From: Candidatus Micrarchaeales archaeon
Lineage (GTDB): Archaea; Micrarchaeota; Micrarchaeia; Micrarchaeales; CABMGC01
Assembly: GCA_050749785.1 (NCBI GenBank)
Contig: JBOGSA010000002.1
Span: 37,447-61,446, forward strand
Reading direction: 5' to 3'
Length of the DNA stretch: 24,000 nucleotides
Both the position numbers and the translations under genes were made by a program. The number at the start of each line of letters is the position of its first letter. Positions within the stretch are counted from its first letter, which is position 1. The notes beneath the pieces are model-generated. The model was given only the letters and a program-made list of their open reading frames with translations. It did not search any database and was not told the DNA's origin. Shown piece by piece: positions 8,775 to 13,818 of this stretch.

Positions 8775-9789
8775 CTACTGATTTAATAAATTCCCTTTGT
8801 TTCTCATACTCCTCCAAATGAGAAGGCCACTTGCCAACTATAATATCGGTAAGTATTGCCCTATCTATTTTTGGCTTTTCTGTTTTCCACATAGTTTGTA
8901 CTAGTTCGGCGCCTCTTTTTGACATCTCCTCCCCATTCTTGAAAGTGCACATAGAAAACACATCATAAGTGCCATTAATGTTAACATCGAGCACATAGTC
9001 ACTTGTTGCCCCATTAAAACTTTCTGTAGTAAATTCTTTTGCCAAATTAAGGGCCAGTTCTTGGTGGTTTTTTACAGGTGTTAATGTTGCCCCATATGCC
9101 AAAATAATCTTCTTATCTGTCTCTTGAGTTAGGGCAGCAAATTTCCTAATAATTTTCTTTTGTTCAAGTTTTTCAAGTATGTAAATGGCCCTCATCTGCG
9201 TTGTCTTCGCCTTATTCACCAGCTCCTTTAACTTTATTCTTGAGTTTTCATTTACCGCTTTTAGCACCGCTTTTTCAGTTTTGTTGAGTATTGGACTTAG
9301 TTCAATCAGCTCATTTTTCAACGGTAAAAACCCAACAATGTATTCATTGATCGTAGAAGTCTTGAAGATCGGCACATAATCGCTCAAATCCATCCTGAGC
9401 TTAAACTGCCATGTTTGGAAGTCTTTTGAGGTTAAACCTACCACATAAAGAAGAAGGTCAAAGTCTCCCGTTCCCAAATAAGCGTCCTGTACGAAGACAT
9501 CCCTCCTGAATTTATTGTATAGAAATTCTCTCGTAGGCGTATTCTCAAATTTTACCGTTATGAGTCTGCCCTCAGAAAAACCTAAGGCAACCTCGTCAAG
9601 TTCAACTGTATAATATATATGGTATCGTGCCTCCAGTTCCTTTAAAACTTTGGAGATAGTAAAATGGGAAACCCCTATTTCACGAGATAATTCCCTAATA
9701 GTAATTCGGGAATTTTTGGCTATTCTAACTAAAATCTGATAAGGCACTTCTTCCCGTATGAATTTCATAGCTTTTCGCGTGTGCACCAT
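8761..9789 (-). CDS. Cassette 1 regulator R1: two tandem wHTH + RAM-like modules (Lrp/AsnC-like)
   Basis: HTH-like segments: ILVRIAKNSRITIRELSREIGVSHFTISKVLKELE and VLKAVNENSRIKLKELVNKAKTTQMRAIYILEKLEQKKIIRKF. Each is followed by a RAM-like segment, e.g. LITVKFEN...VQDAYLGTGDFDLLLYVVGLTSKDF. ATG at 9789; TTG alternative at 9801. Confidence 0.7.
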   Translation of the reverse strand: MVHTRKAMKFIREEVPYQILVRIAKNSRITIRELSREIGVSHFTISKVLKELEARYHIYYTVELDEVALGFSEGRLITVKFENTPTREFLYNKFRRDVFVQDAYLGTGDFDLLLYVVGLTSKDFQTWQFKLRMDLSDYVPIFKTSTINEYIVGFLPLKNELIELSPILNKTEKAVLKAVNENSRIKLKELVNKAKTTQMRAIYILEKLEQKKIIRKFAALTQETDKKIILAYGATLTPVKNHQELALNLAKEFTTESFNGATSDYVLDVNINGTYDVFSMCTFKNGEEMSKRGAELVQTMWKTEKPKIDRAILTDIIVGKWPSHLEEYEKQREFIKSVVKQR

Positions 9790-9912
9790 TTTATCTTCCA
9801 AAATAATTATTTATTTATTATATTAATGATAAATACTATAATTTATTTGATTTATTTGCCAATAAATATATATACCCAAAACTTCATAATTATTTCCAGA
9901 GGGAATTGGATT
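9790..9912. promoter_or_regulatory. AT-rich divergent control region of cassette 1 (between R1 and the A1-D1 operon)
   Basis: About 85% A+T by eye, with multiple TATA-like boxes on both strands. Contains the tandem direct repeat ATTTATTTG x2 at 9841-9858. Confidence 0.55.
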
Positions 9913-10182
9913 ATGGGGATATACACTGCCAATGCTTTCCCAAAGTTTGGCAAGACTGATTTTCTTCACTCCCTAAAGAATACCCATCCCAAGGTAAGTT
10001 CCCATATCCTTCCCTCCATCTACAACTCCTTCATCAAAAGATTCGTAAGACCGAAATTTGTCAGAAAATCGTACCTATGTTGGCAGTGTGAGGAGAAATA
10101 CTCCGATCCCCTGAAATATACCATGCATATGCGGGACTGCTGTTGCATAAAGCAATGTGCCACTATAGAGGTAATTAAATGA
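9913..10182 (+). CDS. Cassette 1 protein A1: small classical (beta-beta-alpha type) C2HC zinc-finger protein
   Basis: The segment YLCWQCEEKYSDPLKYTMHMRDC fits Y-x-C-x2-C-x3-Y-x5-Y-x2-H-x3-C. About 65% aa identity to A2. ATG at 9913 within track ORF 9781-10182. Confidence 0.8.
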   Translation: MGIYTANAFPKFGKTDFLHSLKNTHPKVSSHILPSIYNSFIKRFVRPKFVRKSYLCWQCEEKYSDPLKYTMHMRDCCCIKQCATIEVIK

Positions 10183-10346
10183 AGCCGCATGAACGTGCCA
10201 TGGAGATGCTCTTGCAAATAAGCGAGATGAACCTCATGCTGCCTGAGCTCTATAGCCACCTTCCAAGGAACGACTGGATAAGGATTAAGCAGCTTCTCGA
10301 GGAGACACAGCAGATACTCGAAAAGCATAGGAGGGTGCCGATATGA
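10179..10346 (+). CDS. Cassette 1 protein B1: 55-aa helical protein
   Basis: Hand-translated: MKPHERAMEMLLQISEMNLMLPELYSHLPRNDWIRIKQLLEETQQILEKHRRVPI. ATGA overlap with the A1 stop. 44/55 identical to B2. Below the track cutoff. Confidence 0.75.
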   Translation: MKPHERAMEMLLQISEMNLMLPELYSHLPRNDWIRIKQLLEETQQILEKHRRVPI

Positions 10347-10504
10347 ACTACTACGCCTACATCAGGAGAAGGTGCGCAGACCTTATCAGCCTGAGGTTCA
10401 AGTTGCACAAGCTATTCAATTTCCTGCATGGCCCGGATTTTGAAAGGCTGCAGGAATTGCTTGATGAAGCAGAACAGATACTTAAGAAATACGAGAATAT
10501 GTGA
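10343..10504 (+). CDS. Cassette 1 protein C1: 53-aa helical protein, paralogous to B
   Basis: Hand-translated: MNYYAYIRRRCADLISLRFKLHKLFNFLHGPDFERLQELLDEAEQILKKYENM. ATGA overlap with the B1 stop. The first 51 aa are identical to C2 despite about 13 synonymous nucleotide differences. Confidence 0.85.
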   Translation: MNYYAYIRRRCADLISLRFKLHKLFNFLHGPDFERLQELLDEAEQILKKYENM

Positions 10505-10517
10505 ATTGTGTGTTTTC

Positions 10518-10802
10518 ATGTCTTCAAAAAGGAAGTGTAGGATAGCATGCGAAAGCCAAAAGCTGCGCAGTTTCATAATGCTAAAGCCCTCACTGCCTGC
10601 CAACTCGCACGCAGTAGCAAAGGAGATCGCGATGTGCAGGGGCGTGAGGGAGGTGGCACTTACGACAGGCGAATTTGGATTTATTGTAGGAGTAGAGTCA
10701 GAGCCATTGGTTGAAGAGATCAAAAGGAAGATTCACACAATTGCACATTCCAAAAAGATGAGTGTGCTTGTCAAGCATTTTTCGTACAAAAATACACTAT
10801 AA
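10518..10802 (+). CDS. Cassette 1 protein D1: stand-alone RAM (Lrp/AsnC ligand-binding-like) domain protein
   Basis: FIMLKPSLPANSHAVAKEIAMCRGVREVALTTGEFGFIVGVES resembles the RAM beta-alpha-beta-beta core (V.EV..VTGEYDLIV.VE). About 65-70% identical to D2. ATG 10518; TTG 10506 is possible. Confidence 0.75.
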   Translation: MSSKRKCRIACESQKLRSFIMLKPSLPANSHAVAKEIAMCRGVREVALTTGEFGFIVGVESEPLVEEIKRKIHTIAHSKKMSVLVKHFSYKNTL

Positions 10803-10804
10803 AG

Positions 10805-11062
10805 TCATTTCGCCAGCCCGCGCAGGAAAAACCTCTTTATCACGACGCTCGGCCTGTCCATGTCGCCGTATTTTCCAAGGAACGATTCGAGGCCCATCAG
10901 TTTTATCACCCTGGCAATCCTCTCAAGGCTCTTTTTGCTCTGCGTTGCGTAAAGGTTGTAGAAGAAAGAATGCAGCCTGACTTCTTTCTCAAACTCCTTC
11001 CTCCATTTGCGCTCATATGTGCTGAGCTGCGTTCCTTTGTTTATGTGGCTTGCGATTGCATC
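10805..11062 (-). pseudogene. 3-prime fragment (last 85 codons + stop) of a GGR-family gene
   Basis: Encodes DAIASHINKG...FFLRGLAK, 85/85 aa identical to the end of 13807-14913, with about 9 nucleotide differences that are all synonymous. It lacks the remaining ~283 codons. The upstream extension of track ORF 10805-11107 is antisense of the X fragment. Confidence 0.88.
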
Positions 11063-11066
11063 AGTG

Positions 11067-11327
11067 CTCTTCAAGGACATCGGCGCGCTGATAAACGTGG
11101 CGTTCAACTACGCCCCGGCGGGAATCGAGATAATGAAGCCGGACAAGGAAGTGTCGATAAAGACGAGCGAGCTCCAGTCCATAATACTCGACCTATCGAA
11201 AGTTGCGATGGAGTATTCACAGTTCATACTCAGCAGAGTGCTATCCAAGGAGGATTTCGAAAAGGCCAAGACCGACCTGCAAAACAGAGAGATGATAGGC
11301 AAGAAGCTCCTTGAAAAGAAGGACTAA
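11067..11327 (+). pseudogene. 3-prime fragment (last 86 codons + stop) of a gene-X homologue
   Basis: LFKDIGALINVAF...LLEKKD is 71/86 identical to the X C-terminus, and the replacements are mostly conservative. It lacks the first 78 codons. The upstream part of track ORF 11007-11327 is antisense of the GGR fragment. Confidence 0.88.
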
Positions 11328-11446
11328 AAAATCAATAATCGCATTTTATTCTCCACCCATCTGGAATATCTATTTTTATTTCCATTTTCCTCCATTTTTA
11401 GACCCCTTGAAATATCAATTGATAATAAACGAAGTTACATATCAGA

Positions 11447-11454
11447 TTTATAAA
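11447..11454 (+). promoter_or_regulatory. TATA-like box (TTTATAAA) of the conserved left-edge block, cassette 2
   Basis: Counterpart of 8525-8532. Lies about 36 nt upstream of the E2 ATG. Confidence 0.5.
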
Positions 11455-11489
11455 GGGGGATTGCAATGATTATTTGTATAGTGAGTTAA

Positions 11490-11660
11490 ATGAGAATTAT
11501 AAAGAGCAACAATAAGACAGTAATAGTAGCATCGGGGGGGGACAATGGCTCACAGTGCCCACGAGGAATCGTATCTGGCAGTCATGTTAAGTTTGCTGAT
11601 GATTACCACAATAAACTTATAGCTAAGAAATCTCTCGTCTTTAAGCTATTTCTTGTATGA
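11490..11660 (+). CDS. Cassette 2 small protein E2 (56 aa), function unknown
   Basis: Hand-translated: MRIIKSNNKTVIVASGGDNGSQCPRGIVSGSHVKFADDYHNKLIAKKSLVFKLFLV. Weak but positional homology to E1. Overlaps the R2 3-prime end by 15 nt. Contains a G8 run. Confidence 0.4.
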   Translation: MRIIKSNNKTVIVASGGDNGSQCPRGIVSGSHVKFADDYHNKLIAKKSLVFKLFLV

Positions 11661-12767
11661 TTTTGGTATTAATTTTGCCGATTCTAGGAATTTATATTGT
11701 CTAGAGTATACGGCATCAAAATCTCTGACACCTGTATTACCAAGCAATATCTGTGTCATGAAGAAGGGTTTTATTGATGATCCATGTAACTCTGTCCTTA
11801 ATTTATTAAGGAACTTTTCAGCAGAATTACCATCAACAAAATTCATAAAAATTATTATGCCTTGTGGGGTAGAAATATCGCACATGAAAGTATACTCTAT
11901 GTGTTTATCATAATCCCTAACCATATCTAGCCACCAGACTGATCTGCTATTTAGAAATTGTTTGTCGTTAAGTATCGTGACTTGGACTATGAGCGTAACA
12001 ACATTGTTTGGCTTATTTTCATAGTAAGTAATTCTGCGAAGCATTCCTGTATCTATCAACCTTTCATACGCATAGATAATATGCGGTAATCCATGTTTTG
12101 ATTCTTTTGCAATGGCACTAAACTCCTTTCTCCCATCTTCATTCAATGCTAGCAGAATGTGTTTATACGTATCTAGTATTTGGAATTTCTCTACGAGATT
12201 ATTTTGCATAGGGAAGAAACCGAAGGTCGTGCGTATGTTCAATAGCTCAGAACGTATTTCATAATGTTTATCAAGGCTGCTGATGTCCTCTCTAAAAGTA
12301 TTTAAAAATCTGTTTATCTCGTCGTAGCTTCTTGCAATTCCATATATAACTACATCATATTCGCCATGCAATCTTGCTGCAAATTGCGGTATATAATGTT
12401 TTTCAAGAGCTTTTGAGAACTCAATGTCTGTAGGGATACCATCTATGAATTTGATGAATATTAGGTACTCTTCGAAGCCTAACTCCGGCAACTTTTCAAT
12501 AACGTTTTCTAAGATTCCCTTCTTATTGTAGGTTCTCGCATATTTTACAAATTCCCATCGCCACAATTCCTCTATCCCTATTTCGGGAGTAAAACGTATG
12601 TCCTGTTCCTTTACCGTCTCTCTAAATAATCTATTCAAGGTGGTTTGGGGGACATTAAGTTTTGAAGCAAGATCCCTTATACTTCTTCTTCCATCAACAC
12701 TCAAAAGTTTCAGCATCCTTCTCTTAATTGCTGCCTTTTCCTCATCACTAAATATTCTGTCAGGCAT
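11646..12767 (-). CDS. Cassette 2 regulator R2: two tandem wHTH + RAM-like modules (Lrp/AsnC-like)
   Basis: HTH-like segments: LKLLSVDGRRSIRDLASKLNVPQTTLNRLFRE and ILLALNEDGRKEFSAIAKESKHGLPHIIYAYERLIDTGMLRRI. RAM-like segment: LIFIKFIDG...AARLHGEYDVVIYGIARSYDEINRF. Same architecture as R1 but only about 20% identity by eye. ATG at 12767; TTG alternative at 12785. Confidence 0.7.
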   Translation of the reverse strand: MPDRIFSDEEKAAIKRRMLKLLSVDGRRSIRDLASKLNVPQTTLNRLFRETVKEQDIRFTPEIGIEELWRWEFVKYARTYNKKGILENVIEKLPELGFEEYLIFIKFIDGIPTDIEFSKALEKHYIPQFAARLHGEYDVVIYGIARSYDEINRFLNTFREDISSLDKHYEIRSELLNIRTTFGFFPMQNNLVEKFQILDTYKHILLALNEDGRKEFSAIAKESKHGLPHIIYAYERLIDTGMLRRITYYENKPNNVVTLIVQVTILNDKQFLNSRSVWWLDMVRDYDKHIEYTFMCDISTPQGIIIFMNFVDGNSAEKFLNKLRTELHGSSIKPFFMTQILLGNTGVRDFDAVYSRQYKFLESAKLIPKSYKK

Positions 12768-12915
12768 ATTTCTCTTTTGAATCAAACATTTTTAAGTCTT
12801 TGGTTTATATTAAGAATTATTTACCAATTTATTCAATATTTAGCCTATTAATAGCACATATTATTCTAACTACTTATAAAAGTATCTAACTGCATATTAT
12901 ATTTGGGATTTGGGA
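12768..12915. promoter_or_regulatory. AT-rich divergent control region of cassette 2
   Basis: AT-rich with TATA-like boxes, e.g. CTTATAAAAG about 38 nt upstream of the A2 ATG. Contains the tandem repeat ATTTGGG x2 at 12901-12914. The sequence is not alignable with the cassette 1 control region. Confidence 0.55.
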
Positions 12916-13179
12916 ATGGGAACTTACATCGTCGAAACTTACAAGTTAGGCACTACTGATTTTCTTCACTCCCTGAAGAACAACCCCCAGAAGGTAAGTT
13001 CCCAAACCTCTCCCTCATTCTATAAGTCCTTTATCAAAAGATTCGCAAGAACAAAAGTCATAAAGAAAGCCTACTTGTGCTGGGAATGCGAGGCGAAGTA
13101 TTCTGATCCTTTGAAATATGCTATACACTTGGAAGACTGCTGCACTAAACAGTGTGCCACAATCGAGGTAATTAAATGA
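12916..13179 (+). CDS. Cassette 2 protein A2: classical C2HC zinc-finger protein
   Basis: YLCWECEAKYSDPLKYAIHLEDC has the same spacing as A1. ATG 12916; the track start at 12910 is TTG. Confidence 0.8.
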   Translation: MGTYIVETYKLGTTDFLHSLKNNPQKVSSQTSPSFYKSFIKRFARTKVIKKAYLCWECEAKYSDPLKYAIHLEDCCTKQCATIEVIK

Positions 13180-13343
13180 AGCCGCATGAACGTGCCATGG
13201 AGATGCTCTTGCAAATAAGCGAGATGAACCTCATGCTGCCTGAAATATACAATCACCTTACCATGAATGATTGGTACAGACTAAAGCAGCTCCTCGAGGA
13301 GGCAGAACAGATACTGGAAAAACACAAGAAGGTCTCGATATGA
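13176..13343 (+). CDS. Cassette 2 protein B2: 55-aa helical protein
   Basis: Hand-translated: MKPHERAMEMLLQISEMNLMLPEIYNHLTMNDWYRLKQLLEEAEQILEKHKKVSI. ATGA overlaps at both ends, as in cassette 1. Confidence 0.75.
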   Translation: MKPHERAMEMLLQISEMNLMLPEIYNHLTMNDWYRLKQLLEEAEQILEKHKKVSI

Positions 13344-13504
13344 ACTATTATGCCTACATAAGGAGAAGGTGTGCAGATCTAATCAGCCTAAGGTTTAAGT
13401 TGCACAAGTTGTTTAACTTCCTGCATGGCCCGGATTTTGAAAGGTTGCAGGAATTGCTTGATGAAGCAGAACAGATACTTAAGAAATACGAGAGAAGCAT
13501 GTAA
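13340..13504 (+). CDS. Cassette 2 protein C2: 54-aa helical protein
   Basis: MNYYAYIRRRCADLISLRFKLHKLFNFLHGPDFERLQELLDEAEQILKKYERSM, the C-terminal part of track ORF 13271-13504. Confidence 0.85.
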   Translation: MNYYAYIRRRCADLISLRFKLHKLFNFLHGPDFERLQELLDEAEQILKKYERSM

Positions 13505-13515
13505 TGGTGTGTTTC

Positions 13516-13818
13516 ATGTCTTTGAAGAACAAGTGTAAGATAGCGTGCGAAAACCTGCGAAGTCAGCATGGCTTCATAATTCTGAAGCCCTCTTCGTCTA
13601 TTAATTCACACATTGTTGCAAAGGAGATCGCGATGTGCGAGGGTGTAAAGGAAGTGGCGTTGACAACTGGCGAATTTGGATTTGTAGTGAGGGTGGAGTC
13701 AAGAATAGGGATTGAAGGCATCAAAAGGAAAATTTCTGCAATTACTCATTCTAAAAAGGCAAGTATCCTCGTAAAGCATTTTTCATACCGAAATACCATC
13801 CATAATTCATTTAGCTAA
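13516..13818 (+). CDS. Cassette 2 protein D2: stand-alone RAM-domain protein
   Basis: FIILKPSSSINSHIVAKEIAMCEGVKEVALTTGEFGFVVRVES. ATG at 13516 is homologous to the D1 start; an upstream ATG at 13504 is possible. The 3-prime end overlaps the GGR stop region by 12 nt. Confidence 0.75.
   Translation: MSLKNKCKIACENLRSQHGFIILKPSSSINSHIVAKEIAMCEGVKEVALTTGEFGFVVRVESRIGIEGIKRKISAITHSKKASILVKHFSYRNTIHNSFS

Larger units (their letters stand above)
8232..11062. repeat. Tandem unit 1: X 3-prime end + cassette 1 + GGR 3-prime fragment (2831 bp)
   Basis: Manual alignment. 8232-8492 matches 11067-11327. 10805-11062 matches 13807-14064. The cassette genes are collinear with those in 11419-13818. Confidence 0.9.

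Noticed and set aside
9991-9999. AAGGTAAGT (perfect eukaryotic 5-prime splice-site consensus) conserved in A1, and in A2 at 12991-12999
   Set aside because: It lies in frame within a continuous conserved ORF (K-V-S-S) in an archaeal context. It is a coincidence of conserved codons, not an intron.
10188-10238. Possible hairpin (GCATGA ... TCATGC) inside the 79-nt identical patch
   Set aside because: Only about 6 bp of complementarity separated by about 40 nt. That is too weak to claim a structure without covariation data.
10805-11327. Track ORFs 10805-11107 (-) and 11007-11327 (+) as possible functional chimeric proteins; also 10970-11314 (+) and 10762-10980 (+)
   Set aside because: The N-terminal extensions are simply the antisense of the neighbouring fragment. 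No promoter-like AT box lies between the head-to-head fragments. The other two ORFs are off-frame shadows rich in R/G/P/C. The fragments are best treated as gene remnants, although expression is not excluded.
8493-13806. Search for an integrase, transposase, Rep/primase, capsid-like gene or terminal inverted repeats, which would make the cassettes a classical provirus, plasmid or IS
   Set aside because: All remaining ORFs in the track here (8501-8686, 9185-9379, 10020-10328, 10412-10723, 11653-11913, 12598-12780, 13071-13256, 13354-13569) are antisense shadows of the called genes with biased composition. I saw no catalytic motifs (R..H..R..Y, DDE, HUH).
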